Assembly (NCBI GenBank): GCA_965603825.1
Contig: CBFDEM010000002.1
Span: forward strand, 124,001 to 188,000
Direction: 5' to 3'
Length of the DNA stretch: 64,000 nt
DNA from: Blepharisma stoltei ATCC 30299
Lineage: Eukaryota > Protista > Ciliophora
The stretch's first letter is position 1. The number at the start of each line of letters is the position of its first letter. This document shows, in pieces, positions 11,400 through 23,836 of this stretch. The notes under the pieces are model-generated. The model did not search any database, was not told the DNA's origin, and saw only the letters and a list, made by a program, of their open reading frames with translations. A program made the position numbers and the translations under genes.

Positions 11400-11896
11400 A
11401 TTATTATTTCGCGCCTTTTTGATTAAGATATCAATGTTTAATTGTGCGGGAAGATATGAAGCCATTATTAAATATAAAATTTCGTCCGAAAGTTGCGAGG
11501 TTTTGTAGGAGAGGGGTAGAATTAGAAGCTGAAACTTTATATGGATACTGGTTTGATGAATAAATAGTGCCTTTATTCTTATATTTAATTGTATAGGCTA
11601 ATAAGTATATTTATATATAAAAGTTAAGCTAATGAAGCTTCTAATGATTTTTAGCAAAGAATTTGAGCTTATTCCTTATTAATAAGCAAAGTTCTAAAAA
11701 AAATTCAAAATTTTGCTATTATGCTAAAATTTTTCAACAGATTTCAAAGGCATTGGAAGATATGATGATATCCTATGTGGTTGCCATAAATAAGTGAAAG
11801 CGCGAAAAAATCTTAAAAAGACATTTATTGATCTAAATTTTGTGTAAATTTATTTTTCAATAAATCTATCAAATTTAAAAAAAATTCTAAAGCTAT

Positions 11897-12151
11897 TTAT
11901 AAGAGGCTGCAACAGTTTGATTTACGTTTTCTCAACAACAATGTGTGCCCTTCTCTTATATTTTGCTGGTCAAGTGTTGCATTAAGAGGGAGAACCCTAC
12001 CATTGTAAACTAATTCCATTTCATTAACCTGCAGAGTAGTGATTTTCAACGATATTAAACAAATCACATTCTCAATTGTTTCGTTATAGTTTGGATCAAC
12101 ACTTAAAGGCTCTATCCCAATATCTCTCTGAGTCTCAATATTGATTCTCAT
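11897..12151 (-). CDS. Small ubiquitin-fold protein with polybasic CaaX tail
   Basis: LVYNGRVL..ATLDQQNIREGHTLLL; ends RKRKSNCCSLL. Confidence 0.75.
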   Translation of the reverse strand: MRINIETQRDIGIEPLSVDPNYNETIENVICLISLKITTLQVNEMELVYNGRVLPLNATLDQQNIREGHTLLLRKRKSNCCSLL

Positions 12152-12320
12152 ATTTATCCAACTATTTCGGATATTTATGTATAAAATAAATCCCAAAACA
12201 ATTTTCTCATAGTATCCAAATATTAATTTATAATTTTAATTATATTCCGCTGAATACCTCATCCAAACCTAAAAGACTCATAATTAGAACTTTAAAGAAA
12301 TCGCCATTTATAAACACGTC

Positions 12321-15089
12321 ATGCGCACAGTATTCCTCCTTTTACCACTGCTAATCTCCCTAGTCTCCAGCAGTGTCATTGGCATCGACCTAGGCTCAGA
12401 ATTTTTCAAAGTACTCCCTATATAGATTTCATTAATTCGGCCAGGCAAAAAGCTAGTAATTGTGGAAAATGAGCACTCCAAGCGAGCTACCAACACAATG
12501 CTTGCATTTACAGAGCAAGGAAGAGTCTTTGGTGAAAACGCTTACAAAGAGCAATCCAAAAAGCCTCAAAATTCTATTGCATACTCCCATCTCCTGCTAG
12601 GGATTTCTTTTAATGATGAAGAATCCAAGTCATATTTCCTCAAAAGTTTTCAGCCAATTGAGTTAATCCAAGACGAAAACAGGACAAGTATCAGTTTTAA
12701 GCTTGCAGACCAAGAATTATCAAATGAAGAAGCAATGACAATGATTTTAGAATTCGCAAGAAAAATGTCTGAAAAGTTCAGCGAAGGAAGCATTAAAGAT
12801 TGTGCTATAACAATCCCTAGCTATTGGACTCGAGCTCAAAGGCTTTATTTAATATACGCCGCACAAGCAGCAGGGTTAAATGTCTTAAGCTTAATCCACG
12901 AAAATACAGCAGCCGCTTTTTACTATGCAATTGATAGGCTTGACAACGAAACTCAACACCATGCTTTATTTTATAACCTCGGCTCCTCGTCTTTACAAGT
13001 TACCATTGCAAAATACTTCTACACAAACCAAACTGCCTCAAAAAAGCCGAAACAAATAGAAACAGTCGAAATCTTGTCCCATACCTCTGACAAATATCTT
13101 GGTGGGAGTCTTTTTGACTCAGTACTTGCTGACTATTTAGCTGGGGAATTTGAGAAACACTCAGTTTTAAAAGTAAAAGACTCCAAAAAAGCTATGATGA
13201 AGCTTTTCCAACAGTCCCAAAGTGTGAAAAAAGTATTAAGTGCTAGTAAATCCTCCCCTGTGATTATCAATAATTTAATTGCTGGGGTCGATTTTAAGAC
13301 AACTATTGCAAGAGAAACTTTTGAAAATCTCATTGAGCCTTATATGGAGAGACTTATCGCCCCTGTTGCTAAAGCTTTAGAAATTGCTGGGCTTTCTATA
13401 GAAGAAATTAACAGTTTTGAGCTTATTGGAGGGGTAACAAGAGTACCAAAAGTCCAAGAAATTCTGAAAGAAAAATTACAGGTAAACCTTGGGGCTCATT
13501 TAAATGGAGATGAAGCTATGGCGCATGGGGCTGCGATTTTTGCAGCTAATATTAGTGCTGTTATACAGGTAAAGCCACTGTGGCTGACTGATATTAATAT
13601 GTATAATGTCTGGGCGAAATTTTATTCGACTTATGATATGGATTTTTATAAAGAGTCAGTCATTTTTAAGGAAGGGGCTAAGCTGAATACTGTGAAAAAG
13701 GTGGGGTTTAACCATAGCCATGATGTCAGGGTTGAGATTTTTATTGATTATGGAAAAGGGTATAACCAGGTATTGACTTATTATGTATCTGGGGTTGATG
13801 AAGTAGCCAAAAAAACAAGCGAGGAACCTTATATTCTGTTTGTGTTTAATTTGGATTATAGCGGGTTACCTTATTTAAAGAGAGTTCAGGCACAGTACGA
13901 AGAAGAAGTTGTGGTGGAAGAAAAGCCAGTTAAGAAAGATAAGAAAAAAGAAGCTAAAGTTAAACAAGAGGAAAAAGAAGAAAAAGACGAAGAGACGAAT
14001 GAAAATAATAGTGAAGAGAAAACAAAAGAGGATGGAGAAGAGCAGAATGACTCAGAAGAAAACACTAGTGAAAATAATGAAGAAAACAAAGATCCTGAAG
14101 ATTCAAGCGAAAATAAAGAAAGCTTAGAAGACTCTAGTAAAGAAGAAGCTTCCCAAACAGAAGAATCTGCAGACTCTAAGCCTAAAAAAACCAAAATTGA
14201 AACCCGCAAAGTCAAACTCGATGCCAAAGAAGTCGAACACGAGCTTCCAACCCCTCTCACCCAAGCCCAAATCCGAGAACTCAAAAGCAAGCTGGACTCT
14301 TTCAAAACCAAAGAAGAAGAGGCCAAAAAGCTCGCAGAAGTCAAAAACGACCTTGAATCCTACATTTACTACCTCCAAGACAAAATTGAAGAAGAATATT
14401 TCACAAAAGTAACCACAGACGACGAACGAGAAGCCTATTCAAAGCTAATTTCAGAAACCAAAGAATACCTAGAAAGTGACTCCTACGCTGAAGCCAAAGT
14501 TACTGAAATAAAATCAAAAAAAAGAATTATTGAAAAAAATATTTCTGATGCCTTAGAAAGGGAAAAAGAAGCAGAAATCAGAGACCAAATGGTCGAGGAC
14601 GCTTTTGAGCAGCTTGGCAAATTTTATGAAAAAATAATAAGTATTAATACCACAAAGCCATGGATCCCACAAGAAGATATTGAAGCCGGGATTAAAAGGT
14701 ATACGGAGGCTAAAGAATGGCTAGAGGAGAAGGCTAAAGAACAAAATGCCTTGAAGCCTTGGGAGCCACTTGCGTTTAAGACGTCAGATATAGAAAGCAA
14801 GCTGAGTTTGGTAGTAAAACAGATTGAGAAGCTGAAAAGAATGCAAAAGCCGAAACCAAAGGATATGCCAGATTTCGCGAATTTTAAAGATTTTGATTGG
14901 AAGAAGTTTAAGGAGGAAAGGGATAAGGCAAATAAGACTGAAGAAGGAAACAAGACTGAAGAAGGAAGCAAGACGGAAGAAGAGAGCAAGGCTGAGGAAG
15001 AAACAAAAACACAAAAAGAAGAAAAGACAGAAGAGGTTAAGCTAGAGCTGGGAGATAACCAAGAAGAGCCAAGGAAGACTGATCTTTAA
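12321..15089 (+). CDS. HYOU1: ER Hsp70-family nucleotide exchange factor GRP170/HYOU1 (intron 12411-12425)
   Basis: Signal peptide, GIDLGSEFFK|ISLIRPGK, LIGGVTRVPKVQ, HLNGDEAMAHGA, KNDLESYIY, C-terminal KTDL. Confidence 0.9.
12411..12425 (+). other. 15-nt intron
   Basis: GTACTCCCTATATAG; in-frame TAG. Confidence 0.92.
14931..15035 (+). repeat. Degenerate 18-nt coding tandem repeat (NKTEEG/SKTEEE) in the HYOU1 tail
   Basis: About six units of a xKTEEx hexapeptide. Confidence 0.7.
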
Positions 15090-15308
15090 GATATATTAAC
15101 CTCTCATATTAGTTATAAATTCAGATAAAAATCATAAAAATAAAGAGAAAATCATTTGTGATGCTAAGGATCATTAATTAAGTTTTTGATATAATTAATT
15201 TAATTTTAATAAAGCTTTTAATTGAATAAATTTTTGATTTATGAGGCTATTTATGACTATATGAAAATGGCTGGCATTATAGCTTCTCATTTTATTTAAT
15301 TCATTAAT

Positions 15309-16877
15309 ATGGTATCAGAGAAGCGAAAAGGCAGCAAGAAGCAAGCAGTAACAAGGAAGAAACTAAAAGTCGAAAACCAAGAAAATAGCTTACCAGAAGT
15401 AGATAAAACAAGAAAAGAAGTTAACAAATATTATTCTAAGATAATATCCAAAGACACAACAAATAAACCAAAAGTCATTGAAAAAGCCCTAAAGCTAATT
15501 GGGAATGATCTTTATTCAGCCTCAAGAAAGCATGATTTATGCCGTGTTATCCAAGCTTGCCTCAAGCATGGCAACGACCAACAAAAAGCACACATTCTTG
15601 AATGCCTGACTGAGGATTATGGAAAACTTGCGGCAGGAAAGTATTCTTTTTTCCTCGCAAAAAAACTCTTAAAAATCGGCAACAAAGAAGAACTGATGGA
15701 AAAAGTTTTGCCTCAAGCCAAAGCCATGCTTGCCAGCCCAAATGGTATCAAATTCCTTGATTTGCTTTATAGTGATGGAAACTACAAAAATAAATTAATG
15801 AAATCAATTTATGCCCCAGAAATCGAAGAACAAACAGGCCATTTAGAAGAAATAATCAAAAATCACCCAGAAATTGAGAATGACCTAAAGTCATCATTAC
15901 ACAAAACAGTCCGCCATGCCTTAAACAAAGGACTAATTGAATACTCAATTGTCCAGCACGTGGTTTGTGAATATACACAAATAATTGAAAAAGACCAAAA
16001 ACTCGAAATCTTAGGGCAGCTTTGGGATCATTTGGCATCTTTAATGAACTCAAAGCCAGGGGTCAGACTTGCAATTGAAGCTTTAGCTGCTTCAGATATC
16101 AAGCAAAGGAAAAAAATAGTAAAACTTGCCCAGCCACTGATAAATTTAATATCAGATGATGAATCAAATGCGTACTTATTTTTTATCAAGCTTTTCGAAG
16201 TAATTGATGACACTAAAAGGATTAATAAAATCCTATCTTCTACTATAGTACAGAATATGAAAGAAATAATCAAATCAAAGAATGGAGTCAAAGTATTACT
16301 CTACATAATCCCAGCGAACCTAGATTTATTTATTTTAAGCCAAAGCGAAATTGATTTTCTTAAGGATGATTTGAATACGCTAAGCAAAAAAGATTTAAAT
16401 CAAAAGAAAAAAGAAATTTTCCTTAACATTTCACAGCCAATTATAGATGAAATTACAGAAAGCTTAGAAACTATGATTAAAAATCCAAGACTTTCAAATT
16501 TAGTAGTTGCTGTAGCCATTATTTTGTCACAAGGTTTGATAAAAGCTCCAAAACTAACAAGTGCGATATGCAAATTTGTAATAAATTGGGACATAATGGA
16601 CGATAACATTAGCCATAGAGCATTGAAAAAAATTATTGTCCTAGAAAATAAGAACGGAAATAAAAAATTTGCAGGAAGAATGTTGAAGAATTTGAAAGAA
16701 AGAGAAGATTATGTTGAAAAATTAATCAAAAGCAGAGGGGTTTGGGTATTTGAAAGTCTAGCTACTTCAAATATTAAAGAAGAAGCACAAGAATTTTTTA
16801 GAAAATATCAAGACAAGCTTGAAAAGTCTCATACAGGAGAAAAGGCGTTATTTGAAGCTTTAACACAATCTAATTAA
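15309..16877 (+). CDS. PUM3: Puf-A/Puf6 (PUM3) nucleolar RNA-binding protein
   Basis: KHDLCRVIQACLKHG, RKKIVK, EVIDDTK, LSKKD motifs. Confidence 0.75.
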   Translation: MVSEKRKGSKKQAVTRKKLKVENQENSLPEVDKTRKEVNKYYSKIISKDTTNKPKVIEKALKLIGNDLYSASRKHDLCRVIQACLKHGNDQQKAHILECLTEDYGKLAAGKYSFFLAKKLLKIGNKEELMEKVLPQAKAMLASPNGIKFLDLLYSDGNYKNKLMKSIYAPEIEEQTGHLEEIIKNHPEIENDLKSSLHKTVRHALNKGLIEYSIVQHVVCEYTQIIEKDQKLEILGQLWDHLASLMNSKPGVRLAIEALAASDIKQRKKIVKLAQPLINLISDDESNAYLFFIKLFEVIDDTKRINKILSSTIVQNMKEIIKSKNGVKVLLYIIPANLDLFILSQSEIDFLKDDLNTLSKKDLNQKKKEIFLNISQPIIDEITESLETMIKNPRLSNLVVAVAIILSQGLIKAPKLTSAICKFVINWDIMDDNISHRALKKIIVLENKNGNKKFAGRMLKNLKEREDYVEKLIKSRGVWVFESLATSNIKEEAQEFFRKYQDKLEKSHTGEKALFEALTQSN

Positions 16878-17278
16878 AAAATTATGATCGAAAAGGCTAA
16901 TTAAGGAAGGTAATTGCTTTATACTTTATAAAAATTTTGAGGAGAATTATCAGCCAAAAAGGCTTTATTTTTTTTTATGTTGTAAACCGATATAAAAGCC
17001 ATTTATAAAATTTAAAAATTAATTTCAAATAAGCAGAGTTATCAAGTTATCTCAAAACAGCGAAAATATAAAATAAAAATGCTTTCATAAAAACTCAAAA
17101 AATGGGTCGGAAAGAAAATTTCCATTCTTCCTCATATACCTCTAATAATTATCATCTTCTAATAATAAAACATAATTTTAAAAAGATCGGCACAATTTTG
17201 GTTCATGGCCCGTATTATATGTCAATATTTCAAAATGTCTTCAAATCGTAATGAGTTATTAATATTCAATAAAAAATT

Positions 17279-18229
17279 ATGAGGAATTCAGACAGTTTAT
17301 CAAGAGCCGATTTAGCTAGAAGATCCTGAAGACTTATGTCAAAAAACAACAAAGTACTCCCATTTTACTTAAGCTCAGACTCTTCTTTTCGAAGCTCGAA
17401 AAACAACGCCAATGCTGAGAAGCTGTGCAAGATCTGTTTCGACTCAGAGACCGAGACCCATGCTTTAATATCCCCTTGTCAATGCTCAGGGTCAATTAAA
17501 TATATCCACCAAGAATGCCTCAAGGCTTGACTTTTATCAAAAAATGAAGACTTGTCCAGTGTGACCTGTGAGCTTTGTAAAACTCCATATCTAATGACCT
17601 ATGATATCTGCAATAAATGCAAGCCTCAAAAAAAATGATGCGACCCATCCAGAACAGTCTACACAGTTATATTATTCGTTCTCTTTGTACTAGTGCTTCT
17701 CACTATGCTTCTTATAAGTCAAAACATCCTTATTTTTAGCGGAAAATGAGGCGATGTTTATAAAAATTGTTTATATGTAGTTTGTACATTTTTTGATACA
17801 ATTATTTTTCTCACATTATTAAAGGTCCAGAAGGAGTCATGCTTTGAAAGCACCCTTACAAACTGGAAAATCTTAGATTACCCATTAGAGCAGGTAGAAA
17901 ACAAATACTTAAAAGCAGAAAATACAAATATGGAATTAATTAGCAGCTCGATATACAAGATCCCAGAAGATATTATTATATCAGGGAAAAGAGTAAAAGC
18001 TCCTTCAATATTTCCAAGGTTAATTCCAATTATTCAAGGAGGAAAGTTAACAGGGTACAGCCATGCTTTAAGCAAGTCTGATTGCTTTCAACTGGAAAAA
18101 ATTAAAGAAATGGCGCTTCATTCGGAGCCTTCATCAGTAGTGAATTTAAAGTCATGTCCTGATGAAAAGCGAAATTCTTGCAATGAGTCAGTCATGCAGA
18201 ATTCTGGTGAGAAAACTTTTATTTCATAG
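17279..18229 (+). CDS. MARCH-type RING-CH (RINGv) membrane E3 ligase
   Basis: CKICF...LISPCQCSGSIKYIHQECLKAW(TGA)L...CELC, then two TM segments; one frame to TAG. Confidence 0.8.
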
Positions 18230-18450
18230 GTGTATAAGAATTATAAATTAAAAAAATTTATAGATACTTGATTTTTGTCTTAATTTCAATCATTATATCA
18301 ATGAAAACTTTAAATATGATAACAAGATAAAATCATTATTGGAGATATGAATTATTAAGTTATAATTTTAATGCTAAATAAAATACTTAAAATGTGTAAC
18401 AATACGTTAATAATTACACAAAATAATTAAAAGAAAAATAATAATCAATT

Positions 18451-19575
18451 ATGAGTCTTCCTATAACTGAAGGCAGCTACTCCGTGCTCTGGGATAGAGA
18501 ACATTCTTTCAAACTCCATAAAAAACGCCTCGAAGAAATAAAAAATAAAAACTCCCACCGTGCAAATCAAGCAAATTACAATCTGAAACAACATTCCCGT
18601 CTAAAAGAAAAAGCAAGAGCTTTTCTAGAGCAAGAAAAGAACGACGAAATCGCGAAGCAGAACTTAAGAATCCTTGAAAAACTTAACGCAATTAAACTCG
18701 GCAAAAGCAATGTAAAACCTATGCAGAAACTTTCATTAAGCTCCAAAGATCTCGCTGACTTTAAAAGCTTAAATTCAACCAGGAGAAAAAAAGAAGTCGA
18801 GCGAATTTCTTATGAAAATGAAATGCTGGTAAAAAGACTTTCTGAAAAACCTTCAAATGTTTCTTACCAAAGATTTGAAGATGATTACGAAAGATCAGTT
18901 AAATATAAAAACACGATTTCTAAAACAAAATTGCATGAAAAATTAAAAAAAATCGCAAAATTCGAAGGAAGATATAATCATTTGCCTCCTCTGGAAGAAG
19001 ACAAAAATGAGACTAAGAATCGAGAATCTAAGTCTGGGTCTCCATCAGCTCTTCCAAAAGATCGAGTAAAAAAGAAAAATTTATCAATGACTGAAAGAAT
19101 TCCAGGCAAAAGAATCGAAAAAGAAAATAAATCGGTAATAAGAAGCAATCTGCAGTCAATAAGCCACTCAGATAAAGAGGTTATAAAAGAAGAAAATAGA
19201 AAGGTAGCAGAAGAAAATAAAAATAGTGAAGCACGGAACTCTGCATCTATTGAAAATTTGAAGAAATCAAAAACACCTGAATCCGTTTCAAAAAGTCCTA
19301 ATATTGATAGTCAGAAGAGTTTAGAAAATAAAAGAAAAACTCCAACAGAGAGTGAAGCCTTAATTCTCAGCAAGGAAAGTTCTAAAGATAAAATTGACCA
19401 TTTAAGGAAAAAATTAGAAGAGAAAAAATCCAGCTTTAGCCAATTAAAAAAAGAAGAAAATGTTGTGAAGGAAAACGAAATAGGTAGTTTTAATGAAAGA
19501 GAAAAAGAACTAGAAAAACCGCATACTCCTGAGCAAGAAGAAGGAGAGGAAATAGACGAAGACATTGAAATTTAA
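18451..19575 (+). CDS. CFAP97/Hemingway-like ciliary protein
   Basis: LHKKRLEEIK, EIAKQNLRILEKL, SLNSTRRKKEVERISYENEMLVKRL. Confidence 0.7.
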   Translation: MSLPITEGSYSVLWDREHSFKLHKKRLEEIKNKNSHRANQANYNLKQHSRLKEKARAFLEQEKNDEIAKQNLRILEKLNAIKLGKSNVKPMQKLSLSSKDLADFKSLNSTRRKKEVERISYENEMLVKRLSEKPSNVSYQRFEDDYERSVKYKNTISKTKLHEKLKKIAKFEGRYNHLPPLEEDKNETKNRESKSGSPSALPKDRVKKKNLSMTERIPGKRIEKENKSVIRSNLQSISHSDKEVIKEENRKVAEENKNSEARNSASIENLKKSKTPESVSKSPNIDSQKSLENKRKTPTESEALILSKESSKDKIDHLRKKLEEKKSSFSQLKKEENVVKENEIGSFNEREKELEKPHTPEQEEGEEIDEDIEI

Positions 19576-19671
19576 TAATTTTTAATAATTCCATCTAATC
19601 TTATCATTTTCTTAAGAATTTATAATTATTTGCTTATAAAGAATGCCTTTATTTTTAAATAAAATTGTCTG

Positions 19672-20052
19672 TTAGATTAAGAGCTGTTCTACCGTATCCT
19701 TTGCCTCATCAATGCTTGGCTTCAACGGAGAACTTTTGTTAATGGTAATCGCGCAAGAAATGACAGGCCTAGAAACCCCACAGGCTCTGCCTAAAGCAGC
19801 TTTGCTTTTGATAAACACATAAGGGACGTTTTTATCCTCAGCCAGCAGTGGAAGGTGCAGAATGATTTCCAAAGGCTCAGTGTCAGCTGTAAGAATGATT
19901 AATTCAGCCTGTCCTCGGTTAAGAGACTTTGTGGTTTCATTCGCACCTTTCTTTAGCTGTGAGTAGTTTTGTGCTTGCTGTACAAGCTCTAATAAAGTAT
20001 TAGTAAGCTTTGCATCAGCGAGAGGATAAGCTCTGGATTTTGGATCAGCCAT
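19672..20052 (-). CDS. SNU13: Snu13/15.5K kink-turn binding protein
   Basis: [56 protein letters not shown]. Confidence 0.95.
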   Translation of the reverse strand: MADPKSRAYPLADAKLTNTLLELVQQAQNYSQLKKGANETTKSLNRGQAELIILTADTEPLEIILHLPLLAEDKNVPYVFIKSKAALGRACGVSRPVISCAITINKSSPLKPSIDEAKDTVEQLLI

Positions 20053-20334
20053 TTTATTAACATTTTGCTTTGGTATTAAAGTCCTTTTATCCCAAAATTT
20101 ATCCTATTTATAAAATTATAATAAAAATCGTTTCTATTTATATTTAAACAGTATAGTCATATTTTAGCTCATATTCAGTAGCTAATTATAAGTGCCTTCA
20201 CCTTTCATGATTTTTCCATTACGTTTTCAATTTAAAATGTCACCCTAACAACATTTATTTAAGAAGCCAATTCGCAATACAAAAATAGCATATAATAATA
20301 TTAAAACTATTTAAATGCACAATAATATAATCTT

Positions 20335-21309
20335 ATGTCCAAAAGTCTAAAGCCGAGCTCAGAGAAAGCGCAAGAAGAAAATATTCGAATATCCCCTATG
20401 ATAATTCCAAAGGTGATAAGAGTTGTTAATTGTTATTCATCTCTTATAGAAACAGATGTATTGCCTCCTCCGTTTAGTCTTGACTCAGATCATGAAACTT
20501 TGAAACCAAAGAAAAGCTATAAGAAGAAAATTCGTGTTGCCAAAGACTCAGTTGAAGATGCCTATTTAAATAGTGCGCTTGATTTTTTAACCAGCATAGA
20601 AACTGCCATTACTCCTGAAAATCAGTCATCAGATGGCAGCGCTTCAGATTATTCTGATCATGGAGAAAATTCAACTATTGTGAGGAACGCAAAGGAGAAA
20701 CAAAAATCGTTTAAGCATTGTCTAAGTCCTCTGGATATGTCTAGATGACCTCAGATTGACTTGAGTGATGCCCCCACCACAATAAAGAATTCTCCTTTAA
20801 AAGACAGTTTAAATCAAGAATTCAGAGAAAAATATCCCTTTTTAGACAGTAGATTAACTCTTTGTAAAATTGTAAGTGTGAGAGAAAACATCATTTTTTG
20901 ACTCTGCAAAAATTTTGATATTGAGGTCTGCACGATTTCAATAGCTTGAACACTTTTCCAAAGACTTCTCAGCATGAATGTGGTCTCATTTGACTATATA
21001 AAGCTCTACGGAGGGATTTGTGTATTATTAGCTTATAAATTTAATGAAGAAACCCATCTAGATATCGCAAAAGAGCAGCTGAGACTAATAATCAAAGCTG
21101 TTTGTAATATAGATAAAAACGAGAATTTACAGACAAGAGAGATCGCCAAATGGGAGTTTAAGGTATATTCACATTTAAGCTTCTCTCTTTTGCTTGATCC
21201 TGACGAATATGAAGGCAGTTTTAATTATATTCTTGGCAGATTGCATGTGACTGCTGAAGAATACTTAACTGAGTCTCCAAATCTCAACCCCAGAAGTCCT
21301 ATTATTTAG
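20335..21309 (+). CDS. CABLES-like cyclin-box protein
   Basis: Joined through TGA; LNQEFREKYPFL..LTLCKI...CVLLAYKFNEE...EFKVYSHLSFSL resembles the CABLES C-terminal cyclin fold. Confidence 0.7.
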
Positions 21310-21332
21310 ATAAATTCTAGTTAATTTAATTC

Positions 21333-22676
21333 TTACTGGGTATGCTTTTTATATTGCACCACTTCAACTAGAATTCTATGCAAAATGGCTTTGGCGTCAT
21401 TTTCATCCCCATACCCGAATTTAAGTCTTTCAATCTGCTGGGTAACTCCAAGTAAGTCTCCACATTCTCTGATATAATATTCAATATCCCTATCAGAGTA
21501 CTTATTGGTCAGCTGTGCCAGCTTCACAACTTCACTAGCAAATTCTTCATCAAGATCGAACATATCAAGTGCAGGCGGATTCGGCTCTTTTAGATTAGGA
21601 GGAAATACAGCTGGCATTAAGCTTGGCAATGGTGCTTCAAATTGTGGAGGAATCAAGGTAAGCTGTTCATGCTTAACCCCCATTGTCTCATAAAGTTTTC
21701 CAGCCTCTGGTACTAAATCAGTGTCAAATTTAAACAAAGACTCATCAAAAAGCTGCCGAAAATTAGCTGAAATATTTTCACTTGTCTGTAAGCATGATTT
21801 TAAAGACTCAGAAAGGGAAGCGACATCAGGGATGACGGCTAAGTCTTGTAAATCGTTATCCTCTTCGAGGCCTAGGTCTAGGTCTATGTCTCCTCCTAAT
21901 AGTCACTTTGTGAGGATTTCCATCAGTTTAAAATTTTCTTCTTTTTCTAGGTAACTGTCAGAAAACATACTGTATGACCCAATAACCATAAGACGGCCTT
22001 TTCTGGCCTTTGGTGTGTAAATACCTGCTATAGGCCTATTTAAAGGGTATGAGATAGGCCCACTCGATAAAATCGGGATAGCTGGCTTTTGGACATTTAA
22101 AGAAGCTCCATACGGGTACAAAAAAGTCAGTCCTCCATGGTCATCTGTCAGCTCCACCCCTTCATTTTTCAGCATATGCGCCACAAAATTCTGGGCAATG
22201 AGACTGCCAGCTTTTGCTTTTTGTTTCCCTTTTGCAAAATTAGAGATTTCTCGGTTAATAATCCCATTAGAAATTGAGTCTTCTTTAGGGTGGAAGTATT
22301 TTCTATTGAAGACAGTCCTGATAACTGAGTCATTGTTTACAGAAATCCCGTATTCTTCTAATAAATAGTTCAGATTAGTCCCAAGCTTGGATTCGCCGCC
22401 TTCATGGTAAAAAATAAGGACATTTCCCCCGCCTTGGATATAGGTTTTTATAGCTTCAACTTCTTGGTGGCTAAACATCTCACGGGGTGCTGAAAGAATA
22501 ACAAGGGATGCTTCTGCGAGCGTTTCGATTGAAATTTCTGATTGATTTGTGGAGACTCGGTATTTTTGGCGGAAGTAGGATGCGAGTTTTCTATAGGTGG
22601 AGTCAGGCAGGCCGAGCTCTTTTTTGCAGGTGTTGAAAAGGATGAGGCCACTTTGGGAGTTTTCTTTGTTAGCCAT
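21333..22676 (-). CDS. IFT52: Intraflagellar transport protein 52
   Basis: TNLNYLLEEYGISVNNDSVIRT, YFHPKE, FLYPYGASLNVQKPA, LIPPQFEAPLPSL, FDLDEEFASE; joined by TGA at 21903-21905. Confidence 0.95.
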
Positions 22677-22911
22677 GAAAAATATTTAAATTAAGTATGA
22701 ATGAAATTTTAAACTCAGGGAGAAGGGTAAAGGCTGGATTTTGGCTTGATAGAGAGAGAGATTTGATAGAGGATTTTATGTGATAATATATTTTTTTAAT
22801 TTATAACTTAACATATAAGACTCAATGTAAGATTCCCGCTTAATCATATAGAGTTATAAAAGTATCTATTCGATGATATAATACAAACAAATTCTGCACA
22901 TCAAAATCTTA

Positions 22912-23397
22912 TTAATATTGGCTGCTAAGCATACTCTCAGTAAAATCTAAAGTCGAGTTATCAATTTCTCTGCTTTCTCTATGAATAAACAAAGGCTTAA
23001 ATTCTTTTATTTTATACTTTCTATAAGATCCAGGAGTAATTGACGTCGACCTTTTCACATATCCAAGCCCAGTGTTTAATTTTGGCTTTATCGTTAAACT
23101 TGTCCCAATATCTGGTGTCAAAATCAAAATTTCTTTTTGGCCACGAGGCCGTGATGCCGTTCTGGCTCGATCTTTTTGCTTTAAGAAGCCCGGTGTTAAA
23201 TTCATTTTTAGCTTTGCATTAAATCGGTGTCGTGCATTAGATAAGTCTATGCCTAGATCTTGGTTTTGGAAGCTGTGTTTAAAATTAATGAGTTTTGGAG
23301 GTAGACGTTGATTTAATGTACTTGATATTGTAGGCATAAATGGTGTTGGGTTGAAAGAAGATTTTGTTTTTCTGTGAGAAAGTAGGTCATGTGCCAT
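22912..23397 (-). CDS. Hypothetical basic protein
   Basis: 161-aa ORF, no recognisable domain. Confidence 0.55.
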   Translation of the reverse strand: MAHDLLSHRKTKSSFNPTPFMPTISSTLNQRLPPKLINFKHSFQNQDLGIDLSNARHRFNAKLKMNLTPGFLKQKDRARTASRPRGQKEILILTPDIGTSLTIKPKLNTGLGYVKRSTSITPGSYRKYKIKEFKPLFIHRESREIDNSTLDFTESMLSSQY

Positions 23398-23408
23398 TCA
23401 GGAATATG

Positions 23409-23836
23409 AAATTAATTAATAGAAAAATTATATTATAATTTTCATTAGACCACCAGATTCGCCAAAAACAGTCTCTTTTTAGGACACGTCAAAGTCTTTT
23501 GTGCTACTTTTCTTGACTGAATACTATAGTTAGGAATTTCAACAAAATTCTCACTTCCTGACGGCAGCAGCTGAAATTTCGTAAAAGTCACCACAGCTCT
23601 GATGCTCATCGTGATCGGTATATCAAGTTTAATTAATTGCACTATATTAGTCAGATTTTCACTTGACAAAAATTTATAAAGCTTCATCATTGTTGAGCTT
23701 GAGGAGCTTAAAATTTTTAATATAGGCTATAATTTGTTTAACGAAAATGGGAACTCCTAACTAATCCACATATGGGCTTTTGAATTTTTCACAAGGTTTT
23801 TATTAATATCACATTTAGCTTCAGCTTGAGGCAGGT
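23409..23836 (-). pseudogene. Duplicated 3' end of the ANKRD13-like gene (copy of ~27463-27901)
   Basis: Near-identical to the intact gene, with two new TAG stops and 11-nt plus 1-nt deletions. Confidence 0.9.

Noticed and set aside
11400-11465. N-terminal extension of RRM2 in the ORF track
   Set aside because: AT-rich, UTR-like sequence; MTDIDQ follows a typical AT-rich leader
11762-11830. ATGATGA box C-like motif
   Set aside because: No box D at a suitable distance and no rRNA complementarity recognised
20238-20250. TGTCA-CCCTAACA: a heterotrich telomere unit preceded by the ciliate telomerase-RNA UGUCA motif
   Set aside because: A single 8-mer is expected roughly once by chance in this much AT-rich DNA; upstream T-runs would stop Pol III; no structure seen. 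Not called as telomerase RNA or a telomere
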